IMG/VR virus record: IMGVR_UViG_3300023296_000874
Span: 62,001 to 126,000 of that record
Reading direction: 5' to 3' (one strand)
DNA length: 64,000 nt
Position 1 is the first letter of the stretch, and the number at the start of each line of letters is the position of its first letter. The notes beneath the pieces are model-generated. The model saw nothing but the letters and a program-made list of their open reading frames with translations. It had not been told where the DNA came from and did no database searches. Positions 1 through 7,809 of this stretch are shown here, piece by piece. The position numbers and the translations under genes were made by a program.

Positions 1-36
1 ATGCTCATAATTCCTCGGGTGTCCAGTTACTCCATC

Positions 37-63
37 AACGACGGATACCCCGAGGAAGTTAGA
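37..63 (-). promoter_or_regulatory. Class A (ECF-like) promoter motif TCTAACT-N16-CGTT with RBS-sequestering hairpin; drives a gene starting at nt 8 that runs out of the window
   Basis: Minus strand reads tctaact-tcctcggggtatccgt-cgtt. A 9-bp inverted repeat (ttcctcggg/cccgaggaa, nt 11-57) covers the GAGGA upstream of the ATG at nt 8. Confidence 0.7.
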
Positions 64-84
64 GAGAACTTGTAGGTTTCGAAC

Positions 85-1005
85 TCAGCGGCGGGTACCA
101 GTACGCACCATCAGGTTGAGGGTCTTCCCGCTCACTTTGAAGGTGGCTGTCTGTCCCCATGCGAACTCCAGCCGGTCAGATTCGATGCCGTCCCCGAAGA
201 TGACTCCACCTTCCTGCATACGCGACGTCACCTTGAGAGGAGCATCCGGCTCCACATACCCTTGCTGGATTGAAACGCCTGAGAAGGGGCTGTCCCAAGC
301 CTCTCTCACCTGAAAGATCAGCACTCCCTCTTCGGGATCTGGGAAGGGCAGAGGGTTCCGGCGCTGTGATGCGACGGAGCTTGCCCAACCCGTACAACCC
401 GTACCGGAGCTGATGATCATACCAGAGGAGCTCTGGTACTCGGTGTGCTGCTCGTAGGCGATGTCGTACTTGGCGCTCTGATGGGAGTGGTGTCCGCAGA
501 ACAGCTCGTTGAGGGCGATGATCTTCCGTCCCTCCTCTTGCGTTTCGTCGTCCTTGATCTCCACCTCCACCATTGAGCGGCGCTGAAGCTTGGCGGTGTT
601 GTTCTTGAGGTAGCCGTAGAGCAAGGGGATCTCCCGCTCACGCCACACCATCATCTTCGCCTTGTAGGAGGTGTCGGGGTTGATCCCGGCGACAGTCTGC
701 CCGTCCAGGTACTTGGCTACGTTCGGGACCAAGCCGTCCTGCCCCACAGCAACGATGATGTCACCGGGCTGAAAGACAAACCTGTCCAGATCGCTCCGGA
801 GGCAGCTCGTCTTTCGCCAGGTGTGTGGTACATCGCGGAGGGCACGGGCAGCAACTTTCAAGGTGACGGCGTGCATCCGTTCCACCTTGTCCATCGACTG
901 CCCCATCAGCTCAAGCCTGAACCTCGCCATCTGAACGGTCCCGTGCTCTACGAGCAGAGATTCGTACTCGGTGGTTCTGCGAACCACTACTACTCGAGGT
1001 TCCAC
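85..1005 (-). CDS. NAD kinase-like protein (SPFH-associated subfamily)
   Basis: GQDG in place of the NADK GGDG motif (VAVGQDGLVPNVAKY), ALNE motif and SSGMIISSGTGCTGW. Lies directly downstream of the SPFH gene, as in bacterial NUDIX-SPFH-NADK-like operons. Confidence 0.8.
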   Translation of the reverse strand: MEPRVVVVRRTTEYESLLVEHGTVQMARFRLELMGQSMDKVERMHAVTLKVAARALRDVPHTWRKTSCLRSDLDRFVFQPGDIIVAVGQDGLVPNVAKYLDGQTVAGINPDTSYKAKMMVWREREIPLLYGYLKNNTAKLQRRSMVEVEIKDDETQEEGRKIIALNELFCGHHSHQSAKYDIAYEQHTEYQSSSGMIISSGTGCTGWASSVASQRRNPLPFPDPEEGVLIFQVREAWDSPFSGVSIQQGYVEPDAPLKVTSRMQEGGVIFGDGIESDRLEFAWGQTATFKVSGKTLNLMVRTGTRR

Positions 1006-1014
1006 GGCTGCCTC

Positions 1015-2133
1015 CTACTTGCTGAGCTGCTGCACAGCTTCCAGCAGTCCGCCACCAATGGTCACGGAGCTGAGGTTGCTGAGGCCTGCGGGGATGCCCT
1101 GGATGGCCAGTGCGAGTGCGGCTTCACCCTTCTCCTCGAAGGCTGCGAGCTGAGCCTCAACCTCGGCCACGCGGGCTTCACCGAGCGCCTCTTCCTGAGC
1201 GACGGTCTGAGCGTCCACGGAGATCCGAATGGCGAGTGCCTGCTCGTCGGAAGCAGCCTTGTTCTCGAGGCGCTGGGCCTCGGCGTTGGCGGCGTCCTCG
1301 AGCTGACGTGCGGAGGTGAGCTCCTGAGCCCTGAGGTTGGCCTCAGTCTTCTTGCGCCCCTGCTCCAACTCGGCGTCCGTGCGGATGCTCACAACAGCAG
1401 CGGAGCTGGCTTCCGAGGCCTCACTGTTCACGCGGTCCTGAGCGATCAGGGCCTCGCGCTGCTTGGCGAGCAGAAGCTTGTTGTTCAGTGCCGCTTCCTC
1501 GATGGCACGCTCCTTCTCAGTAGCGTTGGCACGCCGGTCGAAGGTGGCCTCGTCAGCTTCCTGCTTGAGGCGCTCGTTGGTCTTGGTCTGGAGGGCCTGA
1601 GCAACGTCCCGGTTGGGCTTGATGCTGGTCACGCTTGCGGCGAACACCTCGATGCCGATGTCCAGCGCCTGGAGGGCGGCAAGCACAACGTCGGAGATGG
1701 CCTTGGGGTCATCCACAAGCAGCGGCTCGAGCTCCTGCTGGGAGATGTAGCTCCACGCCGCCTGCTGCGCCGTGTTGGTCAGCACCGTGGCGATGTCCGT
1801 GGAAGGGTCGCCCAGCGGAGTGCCGGTGTCGGTGTCCACAGCGAAGTTGAAGCGGGAGGCGATGTTGAGCGCCGCTTCAACTCCTACGCGCCACTGGCCC
1901 GTCGCGCTGACGGTGACGTCCTGGAAGTCCTTGGTGCGGCAGTTGAAGGTCAGCGGGACGGTCTGGTCCACGACTGGTACCTCAGAGAGGCTCGTGCCCT
2001 TGGTCCAGAACCACAGCCAGAAGCTGAGGCCGGTGCCGCTCTTGGTGACCTTGCCACCTGCAGATGCGATCAGAAAAGTGTGAGCCTCGCCACGCACGTT
2101 GCGTAGAGGCCCGAAGGTTGAGATGGTTGCCAT
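1015..2133 (-). CDS. SPFH/band 7 (flotillin-like) domain protein
   Basis: N-terminal band-7 signature (GLSFW...TKDFQDVTV), ALQT...LKQEADEATFDRRA..EKERAIEE motif, long Ala/Glu coiled coil. Confidence 0.85.
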   Translation of the reverse strand: MATISTFGPLRNVRGEAHTFLIASAGGKVTKSGTGLSFWLWFWTKGTSLSEVPVVDQTVPLTFNCRTKDFQDVTVSATGQWRVGVEAALNIASRFNFAVDTDTGTPLGDPSTDIATVLTNTAQQAAWSYISQQELEPLLVDDPKAISDVVLAALQALDIGIEVFAASVTSIKPNRDVAQALQTKTNERLKQEADEATFDRRANATEKERAIEEAALNNKLLLAKQREALIAQDRVNSEASEASSAAVVSIRTDAELEQGRKKTEANLRAQELTSARQLEDAANAEAQRLENKAASDEQALAIRISVDAQTVAQEEALGEARVAEVEAQLAAFEEKGEAALALAIQGIPAGLSNLSSVTIGGGLLEAVQQLSK

Positions 2134-2230
2134 CTTGTGTCTCCGTGATTGGGCTTGTCGCCCTTGGGTTCATACCCTCCTACTGTTCACGGTTGAAGGC
2201 GGGATAGGTTCCCGCCGACGCACATACTTT

Positions 2231-2449
2231 TCAAACGCCCTTGATGTCCCGTAGTCGCTTGAGCTCAAACGGGCTCGCGTGTTCGGTCCAATGGGTCCAC
2301 GGGTCCACACCCAGTTCCTTGCCGACGTACTCGATGTTCTCGAGCTCCTTGCCCAGATCCGTTTCCCCGACGCCATGTGGGTCGTCGGAGAAGAGGTCGA
2401 GGTAGAGCTCGAACAGCTCGGCAACGAATTCCTGGGTGCGTGGTGTCAC
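2231..2449 (-). CDS. hypothetical protein (72 aa, acidic)
   Basis: Start overlaps the stop of the upstream DUF3228 gene (GTGA); codon style typical of the window. Confidence 0.6.
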   Translation of the reverse strand: MTPRTQEFVAELFELYLDLFSDDPHGVGETDLGKELENIEYVGKELGVDPWTHWTEHASPFELKRLRDIKGV

Positions 2450-3090
2450 TCGGCAGTCTCCCGCGCGGCGAGCATTCCCTTGCCGTTCCAGAAGGTCACG
2501 GCAGCACGCAGGGCAGCTTCAAACTGCACGGCGTCCATGTTGGTGCTCGAGCCGCCGTCGAGGCCGAAGTGGTTCGCCATGAGCGTACCCGGCGTCATCG
2601 GCTGGTCGCCTTCGGTCAGCTTGCCGAGAAGTGTCACCACCTCCCACTCGCTGCCGTTCAGCTCGTCCAGACGCTCCGTGTCCTCTTCGAGAACCGAGCG
2701 GTTGTAGAGCACCACATCCACCCACATCGCCGCAGAAGGGATGCGCGGGCTTCCCAGCTTGTTGATGCGAGCCACCTTGGAGCTCTTGCGGGGCTTCTCA
2801 CCCTCGCGCCGAGCCTTGTACTCCACCACGAAGCGGTCGTCCGGGGTGATGTCCACCACGGGGCAGGTGAAGAAGGTCTCGTCGAACAGCGCGAACACGT
2901 TCAGCGGTACGATGATCACACCGTCCCGGTAGCCCTCACGCTGAGCCGCCCATTCGAGCTGCACTGCCTCCACAAGGATGTCCCACCGCTGGGTGCCCGC
3001 GTCGTCCAAGCACAGGAACTCCGTGAAAGAGGTTCCGGTGCGGTGGTGGTTCTTGCAGAAGCCACTGACGGTGATATCTTGTTTCGGCAT
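2446..3090 (-). CDS. DUF3228-like protein
   Basis: Motifs Y.ARR..E.P, DVVLYNR, WEVV, QPMTPGTLMAN..G..GGS, AV.FW resemble DUF3228. Start moved to ATG 3090 (AAGGA RBS), downstream of the promoter at 3131-3157. Confidence 0.65.
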   Translation of the reverse strand: MPKQDITVSGFCKNHHRTGTSFTEFLCLDDAGTQRWDILVEAVQLEWAAQREGYRDGVIIVPLNVFALFDETFFTCPVVDITPDDRFVVEYKARREGEKPRKSSKVARINKLGSPRIPSAAMWVDVVLYNRSVLEEDTERLDELNGSEWEVVTLLGKLTEGDQPMTPGTLMANHFGLDGGSSTNMDAVQFEAALRAAVTFWNGKGMLAARETAE

Positions 3091-3130
3091 TTGGGTCCGT
3101 TCCTTGGGTCGTTGTCCGTAGTGCTCCCCC

Positions 3131-3157
3131 AACGCATCACGCGGGGGAGCACTCAGA
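3131..3157 (-). promoter_or_regulatory. Class A promoter motif TCTGAGT-N16-CGTT overlapped by a 10-bp GC hairpin
   Basis: Minus strand reads tctgagt-gctcccccgcgtgatg-cgtt; inverted repeat gtgctccccc/gggggagcac at 3121-3152. Confidence 0.65.
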
Positions 3158-3165
3158 GGTTTTCT

Positions 3166-3855
3166 CTACTCGTCGGCCTCGGCTGCAGCGGCAGCAGCTT
3201 CCCGCGCGGTCTTGTTGGCGCGGTCGCAGCCTTCGATCTTGTCGATGAGCCCGTACTCCAGAGCCTCCTCGGCGGTCATCCAGTTGTCGAGCTGCATGTC
3301 GGCTTCGAGCTTCTCGAAGCTCTGGCCGCAGTTCTCGGCCAGCAGCCGGGTCAGCTTCTGGTGGAGGCGGTCTGTGTGCGCCATCGCCGCCTTCATGTCC
3401 TTGTACTTGCCCTGGTTGCCCGAGCTCAGCTCGTGGATCATGATCTCGCTGTTGGGGAGCGCCGAGCGGTTGCCCGCCGAGCCCGCACTGAGCAGGAAGC
3501 TACCCATGGAAGCCGCCATACCCACGACGGTCGTGTGGACGGGGCTGTCGATGAGCTGCATGGTGTCGTAGAGCGCGAGGCCGTCGATCACCGAGCCACC
3601 GGGGCTGTTGATGTACATCATGATGGGCTTGCCGGGAGCGTCCGCCTCGAGGAAGAGGAGCTGCCCAATGGCGATGCGCATCGAAACGCTGTCCACCTGG
3701 GTGCCGACGTAGATGATGCGGTCCCGCATGAGCCGGGAGAACAGGTCGAAACTCCGCTCCATTCGGCCATCGGATTCCACCACGACGGGGATGTTGTAGT
3801 TGGCAGGCAGTCCGCCGAGGGAGGCGAGTACTTCGAGCTGTTCACGAGTGGGCAT
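3166..3855 (-). CDS. clpP: ATP-dependent Clp protease proteolytic subunit
   Basis: IPVVVE..GRMERSFDLFSRLMRDRII, YINSPGGSV, catalytic AASMG (Ser), IMIHE (His), DNWMTAEEALEYGLID. Start set at ATG 3855 after ACGGAG. Confidence 0.95.
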   Translation of the reverse strand: MPTREQLEVLASLGGLPANYNIPVVVESDGRMERSFDLFSRLMRDRIIYVGTQVDSVSMRIAIGQLLFLEADAPGKPIMMYINSPGGSVIDGLALYDTMQLIDSPVHTTVVGMAASMGSFLLSAGSAGNRSALPNSEIMIHELSSGNQGKYKDMKAAMAHTDRLHQKLTRLLAENCGQSFEKLEADMQLDNWMTAEEALEYGLIDKIEGCDRANKTAREAAAAAAEADE

Positions 3856-3909
3856 TTGGTGCTCCGTTGAGGTCATTTTCACAGGACGGTGATCGGGTTT
3901 CAATAGTGC

Positions 3910-3937
3910 AACGAGTTCAACCGGCGTCGAACTCAGA
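3910..3937 (-). promoter_or_regulatory. Class A promoter motif (17-nt spacer) upstream of clpP
   Basis: Minus strand reads tctgagt-N17-cgtt. Confidence 0.55.
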
Positions 3938-3948
3938 GCGTTTCTGGA

Positions 3949-4674
3949 TCAGCCCGTCGCCCGAGCCTTGTCGCCCAACACGCTGTCGGCCGTCACGAAG
4001 GTTGCGCCCGCATCACCGAGGGTGCGGAGGCTGAAGTTCATGCCACCCTCGTCACCGCTCACGGGAGGCACATCGAGCGCCACACAGGCGTCGGTCACCA
4101 CTTCCACGGTGTAGCCACGCTCGAGCAGTCCGGTCACGAAGCCGTCAACGCAGAAGCCGCCGAGGCAGTAGCCAAACACGCGGAAGATCACGTTGTCCTT
4201 GCCGCCCATCTCTTCCACGAGGTGTGCGATGTACGCCTCAGCGATGGGGTTGCTGAAGGCGCTGTACACCTCCTTCTCGAAGTAGAGGCCGACGCCCGCA
4301 AGAGCCTCGGTCGTGAACTCCGTGGAGCCGTACACGCGGGGGCCGTTCCCAGCCTTGTCCTCGCCGATGCAGCCGTCGCCACCCCAGCTCATGGGGAGGA
4401 AGCGGAAGCGGGGAGGCAGCGTGCCGTCGAGCTTCAGCCAGTCCCAGGTGCCCTTGACGGCGTGGGTGGGGAAGATGCCACCGTTGTCGATGAACTCCCA
4501 AGCGTCGTAGCTGTGGCTGTCCACGCAGCCAATGAGGGGCTCGTTGGTGGCAAGGGCGCGAGCCACAAGGCCACGAATGCGGTCGTTGACGGTGTCGTCA
4601 GCGACGGAGAGGTTGCCGTCCTTGTGTGCGAAGGCGTTGGCGGTGTCGACGTCGACGTTGATGTAGCGGGCCAT
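3949..4674 (-). CDS. Nicotinamidase/isochorismatase-family cysteine hydrolase (PncA-like)
   Basis: Catalytic Asp (INVD), Lys (FEKEVYSAF) and Cys (GFCV); metal ligands DSH and FPTHAVKGT; G.L.V and VVTDAC motifs. Confidence 0.8.
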   Translation of the reverse strand: MARYINVDVDTANAFAHKDGNLSVADDTVNDRIRGLVARALATNEPLIGCVDSHSYDAWEFIDNGGIFPTHAVKGTWDWLKLDGTLPPRFRFLPMSWGGDGCIGEDKAGNGPRVYGSTEFTTEALAGVGLYFEKEVYSAFSNPIAEAYIAHLVEEMGGKDNVIFRVFGYCLGGFCVDGFVTGLLERGYTVEVVTDACVALDVPPVSGDEGGMNFSLRTLGDAGATFVTADSVLGDKARATG

Positions 4675-4676
4675 GA

Positions 4677-5336
4677 TCAGGTCTCCTTGGAGAAGCGGTA
4701 GGTTGTTCGTCGGCCTTTGCTCTGCTCAGTCACCGGTTCGATGACGCCCAGCGCAGTAGCCTTCTTTCTCAAGTTCGAGCTGTCTTCCGCCTTGCCCGTG
4801 ATGTGTCCCATCAGGTCGCGGTAGTCGCTCATGTTGAAGTTCATGTAGAGGAAGCCCGCAACCACGTCCGGGTCGTAGCGGTGCTTCTTGAGGAATTCCT
4901 GAGCGAACTCAAGGATGCCCCGATGGTCGAATGCAAGGTCCATGTTCAGCGCAGCGGCGAGTGGCGTCCACCCGTCGTGTCCCCTGAATACGTGGGAGAT
5001 CGGGCAGATGTGCGCCACGCTGAGCACCTTGTCGCGGGTGTCCCGGTCGAAGCCGTCAAAGACGTGCATCTGTACCGGTTGAACCTGCGCGTGTGCCTCG
5101 GGCACGTAGCGTCGTAGGGAGCGGCGTACCGCATCAAAGAGGAGTTCGTTGGGCTTCACAAACGCGCCGGGGAGCGCCAACTGGCCCATCGCCGGAGGGT
5201 TGCGCCGCCTGATGAGCTTCACGCGGAGCTCAGGGTCTACCACTACAACGTCCACCGCCAGAGGCGGGTTCTTGTACTGCGAACGGTCGTAGTCCGCAAA
5301 GTACTCTTCGTCGGTGATGTGGGTTTCGTCGGGCAC
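4677..5336 (-). CDS. NrtR-like regulator (Nudix + winged helix) with degenerate Nudix box
   Basis: Y..P.LAVDVVV, LIRR..PP..GQLALPGAFV, RD.R, LAFDH..I, C-terminal wHTH (SNLRKK...GRRTTYRF). The Nudix box reads E.LFDAVRRSLRRY and lacks the REUXEE glutamates. Confidence 0.8.
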   Translation of the reverse strand: MPDETHITDEEYFADYDRSQYKNPPLAVDVVVVDPELRVKLIRRRNPPAMGQLALPGAFVKPNELLFDAVRRSLRRYVPEAHAQVQPVQMHVFDGFDRDTRDKVLSVAHICPISHVFRGHDGWTPLAAALNMDLAFDHRGILEFAQEFLKKHRYDPDVVAGFLYMNFNMSDYRDLMGHITGKAEDSSNLRKKATALGVIEPVTEQSKGRRTTYRFSKET

Positions 5337-5356
5337 GCTGGTTATTCCTACTTGTT

Positions 5357-5413
5357 ACTTGGTACGTTTTACCTTGTTGTCAGTATAACGCCAGCGATGT
5401 GCAGAAAGTTAGA
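5357..5413 (-). promoter_or_regulatory. Class A promoter (5387-5413) with two GT-N7-AC cores, candidate NrtR operators
   Basis: tctaact-ttctgcacatcgctgg-cgtt. GT-N7-AC cores at 5362-5372 and 5379-5389 in an AT-rich intergenic stretch; the flanking palindromy is only partial. Confidence 0.55.
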
Positions 5414-5426
5414 CTTTCATTTCGAA

Positions 5427-5762
5427 CTATTCGCCATCCAATTCGCTCTTGAGGTAGGAGATGGTGCGGTCGATGTCCGGGTCGGCCAGGTAGAACCGAG
5501 CCGTGTGGTAGGGAGTGGCGTCATGGTGGCGATACATCACCACGAACCAGCCTTGTGCCTCGAAATACGTCCGGAAGCCCTCATGGTCAGGGGGCCGCAG
5601 CGACACGTCTCGGTCGCTGTACCCTCGCTCTCGGAGTCGGGCCACCCAACTGGGGTAGCGAGAGAATCCCTGGATAGTGCTCTGCGCGGCTTGGTGAGCC
5701 TCTACGGTCAGTCCCACGATCTCCGGAATGAACGGGATCGGTACCTCACAGGTGTCAAGCAT
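5427..5762 (-). CDS. hypothetical protein
   Basis: ATG 5762 preceded by GGGGAG; the longer ORF-track version overlaps the neighbouring gene. Confidence 0.55.
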   Translation of the reverse strand: MLDTCEVPIPFIPEIVGLTVEAHQAAQSTIQGFSRYPSWVARLRERGYSDRDVSLRPPDHEGFRTYFEAQGWFVVMYRHHDATPYHTARFYLADPDIDRTISYLKSELDGE

Positions 5763-5805
5763 GTACTCCCCTTCTAAGCACTCAACGTGGTCAGGTACGG
5801 AATAC

Positions 5806-6120
5806 TCAGAGGTATTTCGGGTCCTGCCACCAGTCCTGGCTTTCCAAATCAAGCATCTCGTAGAGGCGGTCTGGAAGTTCCGACAGCCCTTCCTCCCTGA
5901 ACCACTCCCCACGCCACCGAATGCGGTAGCTGCGAAGTCGCCCATGGATGTAGAACTCGGTGGGTCCCTCTTTGGGGACGAGCAGGATGACCTTCAGCGT
6001 GTAGGGGTTCCCGGTCTGAAGCTCGTTGAGGCGGCGCTCAATGTCCTTGGTGCGTCCGATCTTCACCACCCCGGTCACCGCCGCTTGGATGATGTACAGG
6101 TCCTCCCCAAACGATTTCAC
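5806..6120 (-). CDS. T5orf172 / GIY-YIG superfamily nuclease
   Basis: LYIIQ....VKIGRT.DIERRL.ELQTGNP..L, E..IH..L, RGEWF. Confidence 0.85.
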   Translation of the reverse strand: MKSFGEDLYIIQAAVTGVVKIGRTKDIERRLNELQTGNPYTLKVILLVPKEGPTEFYIHGRLRSYRIRWRGEWFREEGLSELPDRLYEMLDLESQDWWQDPKYL

Positions 6121-7073
6121 AGGAAGAACGGGCTCTCCTCTACTACCGGCTGAGCAGGCAGGAGGAAAGAGACGTAGCGGGGTGAGGGGTCGAACGGATT
6201 GAACTTGCGCTTGTAGGTCGCGTTGAAGCCATGCTTGCCACCTTCACCGATGGCTACTCCATCAGCTACGTGGGTCACACCCTGTCGCGCCATGTCGGCA
6301 AAGCAGTCGTGTTGAGCCCATGCACTCAGGTTCGGTATGCCTCTGTCACATGCCATGCCTGTCGTGTGGCCCCAGCACGTTTCTGTCATGGGTTGGTTGA
6401 GGTGGATCACGAGCGGCTCTCCGTCAATGCGGTAGAGCCGGTTGATGCCGTCCTCGTAGTGCCGGTCGAGAATGTACTCGTATTTCCGGTAGTTGATGTT
6501 CATGCCGCCGCGCTCCTTGGACTCCTTGACCCAACGCTTCATCACCGCGCGGGCCTCCTCCAGGTTTCCGGAGTCGATGGGCTCAGCCGTGTAGCCGGTG
6601 GTGGTCCGCTTGAAGGCGTTGATGTCAGCTCGGAGGCGACGCCACTTCTTTCCAGAGAGTGTGTCGATCCCTGCAATGTCGTAGGTGTACTCGCCGTACT
6701 CACTGAATTTCCCAGGAGTGAGCTTGACGCCCTCTGCCATGAAGGCCGCAGCGATATCAGCGGCCCAGGAGGCTGGGACGTTCTCAATCTTGAGGTTCTT
6801 GTCCGTGCTTCCCTTGTACGCCTGCCACCACGCAACCAACTCGGGAATGACTGCGTCCTTGTCACCGTAGGCTCGGTAGACACGGTAGTATTTCCCGTAC
6901 TTCACACTGAAGAGGAGAAGCGTGTCCTCGCTGACGACCTTGTTGCCCTTGAACACTCCGTGGTTGATGAACCCGTAAGTGTAGGGGAGGCAGTCGGTCA
7001 TTGTAGCTACACCGTCCATACGTGAACGGATGAAGGGGATGTCTGCCGTGGTCAGCGGGGTAGTTTCACTCAT
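6117..7073 (-). CDS. DUF2156 / LPG-synthase C-terminal-like double-GNAT protein (putative aa-tRNA-dependent transferase), copy 2
   Basis: EYTYD....LSGKKWRRLRADINAFKR, W....K, GVTHVADG...G...K.KF.P match the DUF2156 pattern; paralogous to 7791-8759. Confidence 0.65.
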   Translation of the reverse strand: MSETTPLTTADIPFIRSRMDGVATMTDCLPYTYGFINHGVFKGNKVVSEDTLLLFSVKYGKYYRVYRAYGDKDAVIPELVAWWQAYKGSTDKNLKIENVPASWAADIAAAFMAEGVKLTPGKFSEYGEYTYDIAGIDTLSGKKWRRLRADINAFKRTTTGYTAEPIDSGNLEEARAVMKRWVKESKERGGMNINYRKYEYILDRHYEDGINRLYRIDGEPLVIHLNQPMTETCWGHTTGMACDRGIPNLSAWAQHDCFADMARQGVTHVADGVAIGEGGKHGFNATYKRKFNPFDPSPRYVSFLLPAQPVVEESPFFL

Positions 7074-7809
7074 CGAAGAGGCTCATGTATTCGTGGTCAT
7101 CACCACCCAAGATGTCCGGGTGGATCAGGCGCTCGGGAACGTCGGGAGCTTCTGCGCCGCCTGAGGTCTCCCGGTGAAGGTAGAAGGGCCGGTTGTACTT
7201 GAGAACCGTCGTAGGGAGGAAGTCCCTCGGGCCTGTGTAGTAGAAACCGTCCACGCCGGTAGATGCAGCGATGGCTGCTTCCATGCGCGGGTCAAGAGTG
7301 GCAACCGGAATGCCCTGGCTCTTGAACTTGAGCGTGATGACTGCGTAGCCCTTCTCGGCCTTGGCGTTCAAGAGGTCGAACAGCATCCCAACGTCTTCGG
7401 GTCCGGTGGTGGTGAACAGCACGCCGCAAGAGAGGACGAAGTCCCACGTCGGGGCCTTGTTCAGCTCTTCCCAGTAGTTCCCGATGCGGAAGTCGTACTC
7501 CGGCACTCGGGTTCGGGCGTCCAGCACGTTGGCAGGGACGATGTCGAACCCTTGGTACTTCAGCTCGGGCCTCTGGTCGCGTAGCATCTCAGCCAGCGTG
7601 CCCGTGCCGCACCCACACTCGAGAATGGAGGTGGCGTTGGCTGGGATCAGGTCGATGAGGCCCTGCCAATGAGCAACCATGTCCTCGGGAGAGTACTTGT
7701 ACCACTTGAAGCGGGTGGTGTCGTCAGGGTCCTCGTACTTCCCGGCTGACCGAGTGTAGGAGTCCCGCCAACGGAGGATCGTTTCATCTGCTACTGGAAT
7801 GGAAGACAT
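7066..7809 (-). CDS. Class I SAM-dependent methyltransferase
   Basis: SILECGCGTG motif I, YQGFDI motif II, WDFVLSCGVL. Confidence 0.85.
   Translation of the reverse strand: MSSIPVADETILRWRDSYTRSAGKYEDPDDTTRFKWYKYSPEDMVAHWQGLIDLIPANATSILECGCGTGTLAEMLRDQRPELKYQGFDIVPANVLDARTRVPEYDFRIGNYWEELNKAPTWDFVLSCGVLFTTTGPEDVGMLFDLLNAKAEKGYAVITLKFKSQGIPVATLDPRMEAAIAASTGVDGFYYTGPRDFLPTTVLKYNRPFYLHRETSGGAEAPDVPERLIHPDILGGDDHEYMSLFDE

Noticed and set aside
3166-3855. ClpP as the prohead protease that removes the shared leader
   Set aside because: Cellular-type sequence under a class A promoter, far from any head genes.
823-3870. Long plus-strand ORFs 823-2106 and 2377-3870
   Set aside because: Antisense shadows of SPFH, DUF3228 and ClpP caused by high GC3 codon bias; no RBS or motifs.
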